DNA of 64,000 nt from an uncultured bacterium (GTDB lineage: Bacteria; Verrucomicrobiota; Kiritimatiellia; RFP12; UBA1067): assembly GCA_902799385.1 (NCBI GenBank), contig CADCAK010000016.1, positions 1,201 through 65,200 on the forward strand, written 5' to 3'. The translations under genes and the position numbers were made by a program. Shown in pieces: positions 52,369 through 61,622 of the stretch; position 1 is the first letter of the stretch, and the number at the start of each line of letters is the position of its first letter. The notes under the pieces are model-generated. The model saw only the letters and a program-made list of their open reading frames with translations. It was not told where the DNA came from and did not search any database.

Positions 52369-53733
52369 ATGCAAATGCTTGCAAAACTACATGCTAAGCT
52401 CGGCGATTTCTGGTGGTACTCGCTGATGCTCTTCTGCGCCTGCCGCGCGGCCGACTTGCTCAACGCCTTTGTCGGCCTGTGGCTCGTGCCGAAGTATGTA
52501 GGCACGGAAGAACTAGGCGCGGTGATGCCGCTCACGCAGTTCGCCAACTTCCTCGCGATTCCCGTCGCCGCATTTGCCAACACCTTTCGCAATGAGCTCA
52601 CGCGGCTTTCGATCAGCAAAGAGTTCGGCAAGCTCAAGACCCTAATGCGCGGCGTTTTTGCCGCGACTGCTGTATTTCTTTTCATCGCCATCATCGTCGC
52701 CCGCTTCGTTCTCCCGGCCTTCCTTGAGCGCATCAGGATTGTCGAGGGCTCGCTCGGCCTCGTCATAATCGCCGCATCCTTCGTCAGCGCCGTCGCGCCA
52801 ATCTACTCCAACGCGCTCCAGGCGCTCAAAAAATTCAAGGCGCAGTCGCTCCTTAGCATAGTCGGCGCTCCCGTGCGCCTCATCGCGATGCTAATCACAA
52901 TGCCCTTCCGCGCCATCACAGGCTACTTCATCGGCCAGGCCGCGACACCTGCATTCAGCATTGTCGCTTCAGTGTTCGCACTCCGCAAGGAGCTTTCCGT
53001 TAAAGCCGAGCCGTACTGGAACAAAACGACGTTTAGAAAGTTCTCTGCCCTTTTCGCACTATTCGTGCTAATGGCAGGCTCGGGCGGCTTTTTGGGCCTC
53101 GTCGAATCAACAATCATTCGGCAACGTCTCCCCGACCTCGACTCCGCTGGCTACTATATGGCAACACGATTTTCTGAAATCGCAACTTATCTATATAGCG
53201 CAATGATCTTCGCGTTCTTCCCATTTGCTGCAGAACTGGCAAAGAACGGCATGGAGCACGCAAAACTGATTCTTAAATCAACAGGAGTGAACATTACCTT
53301 CTGCTTGTCAATTGCCTTGGTCTTCTGTTTTATTTCAAAACCAATTCTTGCCTTCCTACCGCACGGCGACAAGTACTCATCCTATTGGTGGGCTATTCCA
53401 TGGCTTATAGTTATAACTGGAATCTCGTCTCTCCACGGATTCTACACCACAGCCGAAATCGCAGCAGGCCGCTTTGGCTTTCTAAAATGGGCTATGCCAC
53501 TAGATCTCTCCTATCCAGCATTGCTGTTGCTTGCCACAGGGCATGGCTACCTTGTTGGCACCATCCCCGCAACTTTGACAGATTTCCTAACTACTCACAA
53601 CATCTACTCTCTAGAGACAATACTTTGGTGGATGACAGCAATCACCATCATAAAAGCTTTAGCTTGCCTTGGAGCGATGACTTCAGCCAAGTTACGCACG
53701 TCCGCCTGTATAAACGACATCCGCCAGACATGA
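52369..53733 (+). CDS. oligosaccharide/polysaccharide flippase (Wzx/MOP-family-like)
   Basis: A 454-aa polytopic membrane protein at the head of a glycosyltransferase cluster. About 12-14 hydrophobic segments. Confidence 0.55.
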   Translation: MQMLAKLHAKLGDFWWYSLMLFCACRAADLLNAFVGLWLVPKYVGTEELGAVMPLTQFANFLAIPVAAFANTFRNELTRLSISKEFGKLKTLMRGVFAATAVFLFIAIIVARFVLPAFLERIRIVEGSLGLVIIAASFVSAVAPIYSNALQALKKFKAQSLLSIVGAPVRLIAMLITMPFRAITGYFIGQAATPAFSIVASVFALRKELSVKAEPYWNKTTFRKFSALFALFVLMAGSGGFLGLVESTIIRQRLPDLDSAGYYMATRFSEIATYLYSAMIFAFFPFAAELAKNGMEHAKLILKSTGVNITFCLSIALVFCFISKPILAFLPHGDKYSSYWWAIPWLIVITGISSLHGFYTTAEIAAGRFGFLKWAMPLDLSYPALLLLATGHGYLVGTIPATLTDFLTTHNIYSLETILWWMTAITIIKALACLGAMTSAKLRTSACINDIRQT

Positions 53734-54737
53734 TCTACGACTGCTTTAGCTTTTTCAACGAACTCGACGTTCTTGAGATACGGCTCAACACTCTCGACAA
53801 GGTCGTCGACAAGTTCATTCTTGCCGAGTCACCACTCACGCACACAGGCAACCCCAAACCGCTCTACTTCGCTGAAAACAAAGAACGGTTTGCCAAGTTC
53901 AACGACCGCATCGTCCATGTCGTAGTTGACGACTTCCCTGCAATGCCTGACGACATGCCAGTCCGCGAGAAAGCATGGACAAGAGAAAACTGGCAGCGCA
54001 ACGCGATCGTCCGCGGGCTACCGAAGGACATAAAGGACGAGGACATTCTGCTGATTTCCGACCTAGACGAAATCCCCTCGCCGGAATATGTCCAAAAAGC
54101 TACGAGCAACCCAATCGGCGTCACTCGCCTTGACCTGAAAGCCTACAGCTTCTTCATCAACCTACGCAACGTCTCCTATCCGATCTGGAACAACGGCACA
54201 AGGGTTCTGACATGGCGCACGTTCAACGACTCTAAAACATACGCTGACTCAACCTACTCAGAATGCTGTGTTGCGGCAGTGAACCAAGGCCCGTCGGCAA
54301 CCCGCATACGATTCCTCAAGCCGGACAAGATTCTCAAACCAGCTGGCTGGCACTTTTCGTATCTTGGTGGCGTCGAAGCAATCCAGCGCAAGATGAAGTC
54401 AATCGCCCACACCGAATTCGACACTGACAAGCGAACATCGCTGGAGAACATCCGCAACACGCTTGCCAAAGGCAAAAGTCTTTTCAACTCCTACGAGCGA
54501 TTTCTGCCCGAATTGATAGATTCCTCATTTCCTCAATACATTCTATCAAAACGACAGCAATTCAATCACCTGATCTCCGACGTTCCTTCCATCGAGAATC
54601 CCTCAAAGCTTTTTTCTCTACTTATGCAATTGCAGGCGAAAGTACACGACGCTATTTTCTTTGCAATTTCATTCCTAACGCCAAAATGCCTCATCCCCAT
54701 TAGACATAAGATATATTCATATATAACGAACAGGTGA
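53730..54737 (+). CDS. glycosyltransferase family 17-like protein
   Basis: ATGA overlap with the flippase gene. 'MIYDCFSFFNELDVLEIRLNTLDKVVDKFILAESPLTHTGNPKPLYF' matches the GT17 (GnT-III-like) N-terminal signature. Confidence 0.6.
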   Translation: MIYDCFSFFNELDVLEIRLNTLDKVVDKFILAESPLTHTGNPKPLYFAENKERFAKFNDRIVHVVVDDFPAMPDDMPVREKAWTRENWQRNAIVRGLPKDIKDEDILLISDLDEIPSPEYVQKATSNPIGVTRLDLKAYSFFINLRNVSYPIWNNGTRVLTWRTFNDSKTYADSTYSECCVAAVNQGPSATRIRFLKPDKILKPAGWHFSYLGGVEAIQRKMKSIAHTEFDTDKRTSLENIRNTLAKGKSLFNSYERFLPELIDSSFPQYILSKRQQFNHLISDVPSIENPSKLFSLLMQLQAKVHDAIFFAISFLTPKCLIPIRHKIYSYITNR

Positions 54738-55633
54738 CTACGATGCACTTCCGATTCAAGAAATACATAGAATCTCCATATGGCGTTTGGTGTCGCATTA
54801 ACCGAGACATCCCATATCTAATTCGTGGTACCACTTATTATGCAGAATGCGCAAAGAAAGCAAACTTGCATCGCCATTCTAACAATCATAATTCAGATGT
54901 AAGTGACTATTTGGCTTACAAAAAGCGGCGAACAGCTAAATCAGTCATCTATACCTGCATTACCGACGGTTATGATGACTTGTCGCTAATGACTACCCCA
55001 ACTTTTATTGAGCATAATTGTGACTATGTATGCTTCACAGACAATACTTCCGACATTGCAGCAAAGCAGATTGGTGTCTGGGAGACGAGGCCTCTTGCGT
55101 ATACAAGTTTAGACAACACCAGGAACAATCGATGGCACAAAATGCACCCACACGAGCTGTTTAAAAATTACATGGATAGCCTGTACATCGATGCAAACGT
55201 AGATATCCTATCACACTCATTGCTATCTTCTGCAAAGATGCTTCGCTCTTCAATCGCAATACCATTGCATCCGCTACGCGATTGCATATACGACGAGTAT
55301 TTAAATGCCTTCGCAGAGTTTATAGATAATCCGAGATCAATGCGATCAGAGCTTAATCTCATAAAGGCTTCTGGCATGCCAAAACACTATGGTCTCACAG
55401 AGAACAACGTCATTTATAGGCTTCACAACGATCCTAAAATAATTGAAATCATGAATGAGTGGTGGGAGATGACGACCAATTATTCTAGACGAGATCAATT
55501 ATCACTTGCCTGGCTATTGTGGAAACACGGCATAAAGATATCTGAAATTGCTTTATCTCACTGGCATAATGGCACCAATCAGTACTGCGTACATCCCCAC
55601 CAGCGAAGTCTTAGTTATAATTGCCAACATTAA
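54734..55633 (+). CDS. DUF616-type putative glycosyltransferase
   Basis: GTGA overlap with the upstream gene (alternative ATG at 54743). 'SVIYTCITDGYDDL' is the DUF616 hallmark. Confidence 0.5.
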   Translation: MTTMHFRFKKYIESPYGVWCRINRDIPYLIRGTTYYAECAKKANLHRHSNNHNSDVSDYLAYKKRRTAKSVIYTCITDGYDDLSLMTTPTFIEHNCDYVCFTDNTSDIAAKQIGVWETRPLAYTSLDNTRNNRWHKMHPHELFKNYMDSLYIDANVDILSHSLLSSAKMLRSSIAIPLHPLRDCIYDEYLNAFAEFIDNPRSMRSELNLIKASGMPKHYGLTENNVIYRLHNDPKIIEIMNEWWEMTTNYSRRDQLSLAWLLWKHGIKISEIALSHWHNGTNQYCVHPHQRSLSYNCQH

Positions 55634-56595
55634 TCGTTCCTCTTTTCTGGTAATGTCAGCATATCACCCCAAATAGAATTATAATCGTCCGGCGAGAATT
55701 CACAGTACCCCGCCCAATGATAGAAAGTTAGTTCTGAGAATCGAAATCCATTTCCCGTTACATAGAAATCACATCTTACAAACGGGAATCCTGCACTTAA
55801 CCCTCGTGCCATCTCCAGCATCTCTTCGTATTTCTCCGGACGATCAACCTTCTCACTAAAATTAGGGTAGTGGTTCTTAATTGGCATGCGAGTCCAGTCA
55901 AGGTTATAGAAGTTAGCCTGGGTATTCTTTGTTTTGTCGTTGAGGACAATCCAGAAAAAACGTGGCTCCCCATTGAAACAGAATATCTCCAGTTTGTATT
56001 TAAAAGACAAAAAGCTTTCAACGACAATCTTGGGCTCAATATTCTTGTACCCCCACTCAAAAAAGTCGTAATAATGATTACCTTGAATCCTTATCCACTT
56101 GTTCGCAATCTTTCTTGCCTTAGAACGATTAAGTCCCCTTTTATCATTAACAATCAACTGAGCACCGGACCCCCAATTAGACTTCAGTACGAAAGCTTCA
56201 ACAGGGAGCGAATCAATGTCTATGTCCTCAAATCTATCATAGACGCCTAACTGCCGCACTAGAAGATCCTCTCGTCCTGGAAATTTAGAAAGAAAAAAAT
56301 CACGTGCCTTGACTTTGTCGGCACAAATCGTCAATAACGGATTATGATAATTGACTTTCAGCCAATTCAACTTGTCATTAAACGTCTTAGGCTGAGTCCA
56401 ATTAATTTCACTGCCAAGAATATCATGACATTGCGCACTAATCAAGGTCATCAACTCATCCTTGGAAAGCGAAGCAAACCTACGCTTCCAAATGCGGCTT
56501 ACCTTTGTTGGAATCCTTGGAAATGGCAAGCCTATGCCAAGGACGCGCAAGTGGTAACCCCATGAACACGACTTAGCGATCTCGATTAGCTTCAT
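55630..56595 (-). CDS. TupA-like ATP-grasp amidoligase
   Basis: 'PKTFNDKLNWLKVNYHNPLLTICADKVKARDF' and 'FFWIVLNDKTKNTQANFYNLDW' fit the TupA-like ATP-grasp family seen in teichuronopeptide/capsule loci. Confidence 0.55.
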   Translation of the reverse strand: MKLIEIAKSCSWGYHLRVLGIGLPFPRIPTKVSRIWKRRFASLSKDELMTLISAQCHDILGSEINWTQPKTFNDKLNWLKVNYHNPLLTICADKVKARDFFLSKFPGREDLLVRQLGVYDRFEDIDIDSLPVEAFVLKSNWGSGAQLIVNDKRGLNRSKARKIANKWIRIQGNHYYDFFEWGYKNIEPKIVVESFLSFKYKLEIFCFNGEPRFFWIVLNDKTKNTQANFYNLDWTRMPIKNHYPNFSEKVDRPEKYEEMLEMARGLSAGFPFVRCDFYVTGNGFRFSELTFYHWAGYCEFSPDDYNSIWGDMLTLPEKRND

Positions 56596-56623
56596 ATTAT
56601 TACTCCTAAATTATGTTAAACAA

Positions 56624-57439
56624 TTAGTAATTTATCCACCCTTTGTTCATAAACTCAACAAAGGTCTCGGCCCGGTGGAAACCGAACGGCAGCTCCTTGA
56701 TCGGCTGTGGAACGATAATGTCGTAGGCGAACTTGAGAGCCGATCTGTTGTCGGCCATCTTCATTGTTCTATTATACTTCCACTCGTGCTTCAGAAGCGT
56801 AGCAGTATAATATGCGTCCTCGCCCACAATATACGGGTCATTGCATGTATGCCATTTTCTTCGCCAATAGTCAGCAGCCATCTCGCACATGCGATGTGTT
56901 CGAATCGAGAACCCACCATTCGCGGTCCAGAGGTTCAGTATCCTAGCAAACAGTCTTGGGAGCCATTTGTCACGTACATAAGGCGGGCCTATAAAGTCCC
57001 ACTTGCCGAGGAAATCATCCAATCCAGGTCGGAGAGGAAACCCGTCATCCTGGATGACCATCAAGTATTCAGTGTTGAACCTATCGGCGAACCTGCCGTC
57101 ACAATCCTGGCTCATCGTGAAAATATCGCCAGGGACAAGTGATGGTTCCACTTGAATCACCACGGCCGGAAAATCTTCTGCAAATTTCTCCAGATGCTTT
57201 GTGGGCTTGTCAGTGACAACCACAGATGGCATCATCCCGCACTGAAGCCATGTTTCCCTAAAAGCAGATTCTATCCGATAAAACTGAGTGTCGGGCTTTT
57301 CAGTATCAGCCCCCCAATAATACGCAAGGACGGTAACATCATCCCGGCCTTTTCCATAGTCGGTTCTGCCGCCGTGAACCGTGCACAGCCGCTTTTTCTG
57401 CCATTCGGCAAGCGTTTCAGTAGCCGTGCTCACTTCCAA
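56624..57439 (-). CDS. DUF5672-type putative glycosyltransferase
   Basis: 'WDFIGPPYV' and 'WTANGGFSIRTHRMCE' resemble the DUF5672 core. Confidence 0.45.
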   Translation of the reverse strand: MEVSTATETLAEWQKKRLCTVHGGRTDYGKGRDDVTVLAYYWGADTEKPDTQFYRIESAFRETWLQCGMMPSVVVTDKPTKHLEKFAEDFPAVVIQVEPSLVPGDIFTMSQDCDGRFADRFNTEYLMVIQDDGFPLRPGLDDFLGKWDFIGPPYVRDKWLPRLFARILNLWTANGGFSIRTHRMCEMAADYWRRKWHTCNDPYIVGEDAYYTATLLKHEWKYNRTMKMADNRSALKFAYDIIVPQPIKELPFGFHRAETFVEFMNKGWINY

Positions 57440-58425
57440 AGCTCCTTTCTCCTAAGCCAACAGAACAACAATGTCCTCTGGATGAAATCGGAACACCACG
57501 GGTGTATTGGATCGGTAAAGAATGCAATAAACTTACGAAGCGGATAAAACAAACTTATCGCCGTGAAGACAACATGTTTCCAAACGGGGCATACTTGACC
57601 TCCTCTATGTCCATTAACGACCTGATGGACAAACCTAAACCATATCTCATACAAAGGCATCATACCAGTGTAAACAGGATCGTTGAACTTAGGTCCAATT
57701 CCATTGAAGTGGATCACAACGCCATCCCCCACAGATTTTATCGGATACAGCAAATCCCATCTGTCATCTACAAGCTTGGCATCGTTACCACATATGAAAT
57801 TGAAAATGTCCTGGTCGGCAAACAGCGGCGAGCCCCATTTACCAACGAAATCGGCACACTTGTACAAAAAACCTGTATCGCGCAGCCGCCGAAGATTCAT
57901 CAACATCACGCCTGAGCAAGCGTAGTTCTTCCAGTCGCCTCCACTGTCACCGCTCACTGGACATTTGGCATGCTTGAGGGCTGCCTTGCGTGAGGACGGG
58001 ATGTCCGTAACCCATACAAGCGATACCGAATTGTCCCTTTCGGCCCAAAATTTCGCTGGGTCACGAAACCACAACACGTCAACGTCTGTCCACAAAAGCC
58101 AATCAAATTCCGAAAACTCCTCAGGGAAATACAACCGGAGAAAAGGTGTTAGGGAGCCATTGTACGCCTTGAAGTCTTCTGCGACCTTCCCCATGTCGGG
58201 CACCCTAAAATCGAATTGCCCTTCATAACCAAACCGCCGTGCAATATTCTCGAGCGACTCTTTGTCTTCCGTTGTCAACCCATCAGAAAAAACGTGAAAC
58301 ACCAAGCGCTGCGGTTCAGTCGTCGCCTTGATCAAACTGACGGTAGTAGCTCGAAGGCCCGGAAGATACCTTCGATTTGACGCCATGGCGATATGGATCA
58401 AGTCGTTTTCAGAAAAGCCCTTCAT
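57430..58425 (-). CDS. glycosyltransferase family 8
   Basis: ATGA overlap with the upstream gene. 'IHIAMASNRRYLPGLRATTVSL', DxD 'LLWTDVDVLWFRD', 'CSGVMLMNLRRLRD' and 'FADQDIFNFIC'. Confidence 0.7.
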   Translation of the reverse strand: MKGFSENDLIHIAMASNRRYLPGLRATTVSLIKATTEPQRLVFHVFSDGLTTEDKESLENIARRFGYEGQFDFRVPDMGKVAEDFKAYNGSLTPFLRLYFPEEFSEFDWLLWTDVDVLWFRDPAKFWAERDNSVSLVWVTDIPSSRKAALKHAKCPVSGDSGGDWKNYACSGVMLMNLRRLRDTGFLYKCADFVGKWGSPLFADQDIFNFICGNDAKLVDDRWDLLYPIKSVGDGVVIHFNGIGPKFNDPVYTGMMPLYEIWFRFVHQVVNGHRGGQVCPVWKHVVFTAISLFYPLRKFIAFFTDPIHPWCSDFIQRTLLFCWLRRKELWK

Positions 58426-59552
58426 GAAGCCATTCTTTCTTGGTTGAACGCAGTTTGACCATTTGTGCTTGCCAAGACATGCGCTCCGTCGGCTTTCCAG
58501 TAGAGCGACAGCCCTTCGCAAGCCGTTGCGATTTCGATTATCTCGGCGTTGATGTCGAGGCAGGCGCCGCGACCAAACTCGCGCTCGTCGTTGCCACGGC
58601 CAATCTCAAGGTATCGCCCTTCGGCGAATGGCGCGACATAAAGGCTCTCTGGCTTGAATCGCCTATTGGGAATACAAGAAGGCAAAACCCTTATGAATCG
58701 GGCATCGGGGCGACGGCAAAGCATGTCGCGAACCGCCCGTTCGCCCTTTGAGATAAAGCCGCTTATGACCACGTAGCCCTTGTCAACGGCCGCTTCAAAA
58801 CACTTCACAACCTTGGCTATCGCCTCAGGCGAGGCAACTTCACGCGAAACACGAAGTGACACAATCTTGACGTCGTCGCCAATAAGTGCCATGTTGCCGA
58901 CGCCCTTCCAGTAGTCGCCAATGGCAAGACGCGGCGAACAAAGCGGCTCAACCACGCGCAGCCCGCCGCCTGCCCCATACATTACCTCCCACTTCGGCGG
59001 GTTGTAGGCGATGTAGCGCTCTGTCGAGTCGATCATCTCGCGCGAGACGAGAATGTAGTCGTGGTAGCCCTGCTGCCATAATTGGCCAAACACAGTTTGG
59101 CCATCAGGGCTAAAAGTTTGGCCATCAGGGCTACTAGCCACGACGCCCGGGGCTATCTGGCCATTAGGGCTATTGGAGCAGCCAAAGCCGCCCATCCCAG
59201 CATCGATGGCCAAACTGTGTTTGGCCAATTTGGTTGTGTAGTTCTTGAACCGCCTTACCGCAAAGCCAAGCACCTTCAATGGCTCTTCGAGCCCTGGCGC
59301 GAGCGCGCAGTTGAAGTGAACGTGGTCGGGCATCACGACATGCCCAAAAAGCGAAAGCCCGTAGTTAAGGCAAGGCATCGCCTCTATGGCCTCCTTCACT
59401 TTCTCTCCCAACGGCGTTAGGACCACCGCGCCATTGACGATCATGCCGAAAAGCGGTCGACGCGGCTCTGTCACTATTGTTATGAAGAACGACGCACCCT
59501 TCGTGTAGTCCCAGCCCGGGAAGCGACGATATCTCACAATCTGCTGCTTCAC
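58422..59552 (-). CDS. fusion protein: HUH/Y1 IS200-RAYT-like domain + DprA/SLOG-like C-terminal domain
   Basis: GTG start in a GTGA overlap with GT4. 'FFITIVTEPRRPLFG' and the HUH motif 'VMPDHVHFNCA'. 'LWQQGYHDYILVSREMIDSTERYIAYNPPKW'. C-terminal 'KIVSLRVSREVASPEAIAKVVKCFEAAVDKGYVVISGFISKGERAVRDML'. Confidence 0.55.
   Translation of the reverse strand: MKQQIVRYRRFPGWDYTKGASFFITIVTEPRRPLFGMIVNGAVVLTPLGEKVKEAIEAMPCLNYGLSLFGHVVMPDHVHFNCALAPGLEEPLKVLGFAVRRFKNYTTKLAKHSLAIDAGMGGFGCSNSPNGQIAPGVVASSPDGQTFSPDGQTVFGQLWQQGYHDYILVSREMIDSTERYIAYNPPKWEVMYGAGGGLRVVEPLCSPRLAIGDYWKGVGNMALIGDDVKIVSLRVSREVASPEAIAKVVKCFEAAVDKGYVVISGFISKGERAVRDMLCRRPDARFIRVLPSCIPNRRFKPESLYVAPFAEGRYLEIGRGNDEREFGRGACLDINAEIIEIATACEGLSLYWKADGAHVLASTNGQTAFNQERMAS
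59083..59227. repeat. inverted pair of identical 21-nt hairpins flanking 21-nt tandem repeats, inside the coding sequence
   Basis: TGGCCAAA-CACAG-TTTGGCCA at 59083-59103, with its exact reverse complement at 59207-59227. AGTTTGGCCATCAGGGCTA occurs at 59094-59112 and 59115-59133, with a degenerate third copy at 59154-59172. Confidence 0.8.
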
Positions 59553-60793
59553 GAGCCGCCTCCTTTACCATCAAGAAACAGGTCGACGCTACGCTTGAAG
59601 CTCTCGATGGAGAAATGCTCTCTCATAAAAGCGGCTCCGCAAGCGGCGCGCTTCGACGCCACTTCAGGATCACGCCTAATCTCCAGAAGCGCAGCGGCGG
59701 CGGCATCTACATCGGCGTCCGCCCACTCCTTCATCGCGACCATGTACTCATGCGGAAGAATCGGAACCATCTTGTAGGGGACGGGCCATGCCGTGTCGGG
59801 GAAGCAAAACTCCGTGTTAGAGCTCCAGTTTGTGGCAACAACCGGCTTGCCCTGGCTCATTGCCTCCGCCATGCCGATGCCGAACCCCTCCGACTTATGA
59901 AGCGAAAGATAGACGTCGCAGGCAGAAGTTAGTCCGTCCACGTCAGCCCGAGGCAAATATTGCGATATGTGCACGAACTGTCTCTCAATGCCAAGCGACT
60001 CCGCTTCTGCCATCATCTCGGCTACTTGCCTACGATTCTCTTTTGCCCCCTTCGTCTTGAAGACGAGCCGCACCGTCACGTCGCCGGCAAACGCTTTGGC
60101 GAAGGCCCTCAATGCGGCTATCACGTTCTTGCGATAGTAAGACCCAAAGTCAAAGTTGAAGAAAACCACGAAATCGCCCTTGCCGATTCCGTATTTCGCG
60201 CGGATGGCGTTGCGTGGCGTAGCATCGCCAAGCTTGAATCTAAAGGGGTAGACTATCTTGTAAACCTTCTGCGAGGGGAACACGCGGCGATAGTACTCGT
60301 AGTTGAAATCTGACATCCCGATGATTGCGTCTCCACTCTCGCGAAGATAAGGCGCCGTCTCGTGTATGCCATGCTCGCTCTCATGAAAGGCTATTCGCGC
60401 ACAGGCGAGGCCGGGCACGAGCCGCTCGTCCAGTGGAGAGCGATACATCATGACAATATGCGAATACTTCTTCAAGTCAAAATCTTTCGCAGGCGTCACA
60501 ATCCCCTTCGCGTCCCTATCCGGAATCTGCGGACTCAGCAATGTATCATAAGCCTGACAGGGTATCCCCGCATCCCTCAGGCAAAGCACAAAATCCCTCA
60601 AGGTCTTGCTCAGTGAAACGCGCCCCGTTAGTTCGCCGATCACGGTTATACCGCGCTTAGGCTTCTCCGTCTTGGATACGTAGGCAAGCTTCGCAAGCCT
60701 TCGCCGCTGCACAGCGAAGGCACACTTACGTCGAAAGAACCCCACGATTCCCGCGACGCCCCACACACGAATCTTAGACAGAAGCTCTTTCAT
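59549..60793 (-). CDS. glycosyltransferase family 4 (GT-B, GT1/GT4 type)
   Basis: Start at ATG 60793, 7 nt after the upstream stop. 'CDVYLSLHKSEGFGIGMAEAMSQGKPVVATNWSSNTEF' is the E-x7-E region. Confidence 0.75.
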   Translation of the reverse strand: MKELLSKIRVWGVAGIVGFFRRKCAFAVQRRRLAKLAYVSKTEKPKRGITVIGELTGRVSLSKTLRDFVLCLRDAGIPCQAYDTLLSPQIPDRDAKGIVTPAKDFDLKKYSHIVMMYRSPLDERLVPGLACARIAFHESEHGIHETAPYLRESGDAIIGMSDFNYEYYRRVFPSQKVYKIVYPFRFKLGDATPRNAIRAKYGIGKGDFVVFFNFDFGSYYRKNVIAALRAFAKAFAGDVTVRLVFKTKGAKENRRQVAEMMAEAESLGIERQFVHISQYLPRADVDGLTSACDVYLSLHKSEGFGIGMAEAMSQGKPVVATNWSSNTEFCFPDTAWPVPYKMVPILPHEYMVAMKEWADADVDAAAAALLEIRRDPEVASKRAACGAAFMREHFSIESFKRSVDLFLDGKGGGS

Positions 60794-60800
60794 CCTTGAA

Positions 60801-61622
60801 TTACTTCCGCTCCTTCGCGCCGAGGCCGAAGGCGTTCTGGACGCGAACGATCCAGTTGTTGGGCACAACGGCAAAGACGAGCGCCTTTAGGCCTTCGACT
60901 ACGCGCACCTTGAACGGTGGGAGACCACGCTTGGAAAAGTCGTAGTCAATATTGTTGTCGGCAAGGCACTTTACACCGAATTTCTCCCAGTGGCCCTTGT
61001 GGACGGCATCGATGAATGGAAACTCCTTCGTCGGCGTAACGAGAAGCGGCCGCTGCTCATCGCCAATCTGGAAACTCCCATATCGCTCAAACTCCCAGAT
61101 GCTCGACTTGCCGCGCGCAAGACCGAGCAAGAACTCTCTATTCCAAATCCCGGCCTGCGTCGCTATGCAGTAGGCCGTATTCTTGCGATACTCGAAGAGC
61201 CCGCCATCCGCTGGCGATGAATTGCGCGCGCCAGGCACAGGATTGGGAATAAGTCGCAAATTCGCCGCGTCATAGTTCTTGGCCTGCCCAAGCCGGAGCA
61301 GAATACCTGCCGTGTCAACCGTGGAAGAAAGATAATAGTCGTCACATAGCATTATGACGTAAGGTGTACTAATAGTCTCGAGCGCCTGCACTAACCTGTC
61401 ACACCAATTGCCGCCCTTTCCACACGCGACCACGCGATTGAAGCAAAGCTCCTGATCTGGCTTCGTTTCTGTAACAAGAACAGTCTCGAACGGACAATCC
61501 GGCCAATACTTGCGCCACAGCACAGCAAATGGCTCCAGCAAGTCCACATACTTGTCACAGGAACAAACTAAAATTGTACAGTCAATGTTGGTCATATCAG
61601 AGTGGCCCCTCATCTTTATCAA
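60801..61622 (-). CDS. putative GT-A-like glycosyltransferase, family not recognised
   Basis: 'CTILVCSCDKYVDLLEPFAVLWRKYWPDCP' and the DxD-like 'VIMLCDDYYL'. The TTG start at 61622 forms a TTGA overlap with vapC; the alternative ATG is at 61595. Confidence 0.35.
   Translation of the reverse strand: MIKMRGHSDMTNIDCTILVCSCDKYVDLLEPFAVLWRKYWPDCPFETVLVTETKPDQELCFNRVVACGKGGNWCDRLVQALETISTPYVIMLCDDYYLSSTVDTAGILLRLGQAKNYDAANLRLIPNPVPGARNSSPADGGLFEYRKNTAYCIATQAGIWNREFLLGLARGKSSIWEFERYGSFQIGDEQRPLLVTPTKEFPFIDAVHKGHWEKFGVKCLADNNIDYDFSKRGLPPFKVRVVEGLKALVFAVVPNNWIVRVQNAFGLGAKERK

Noticed and set aside
59094-59172. The 21-nt tandem repeats as a possible CRISPR array or minisatellite
   Set aside because: There are only two exact copies and one degenerate copy, with no unique spacers. 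The repeats lie in frame within a coding sequence and there are no cas genes.
58422-59552. Calling the HUH/IS200-like gene an active mobile element
   Set aside because: Start and stop overlap the neighbouring glycosyltransferase genes by 4 nt each, so there are no flanking sub-terminal hairpins or target duplications. I report it as a domesticated fusion coding sequence instead.
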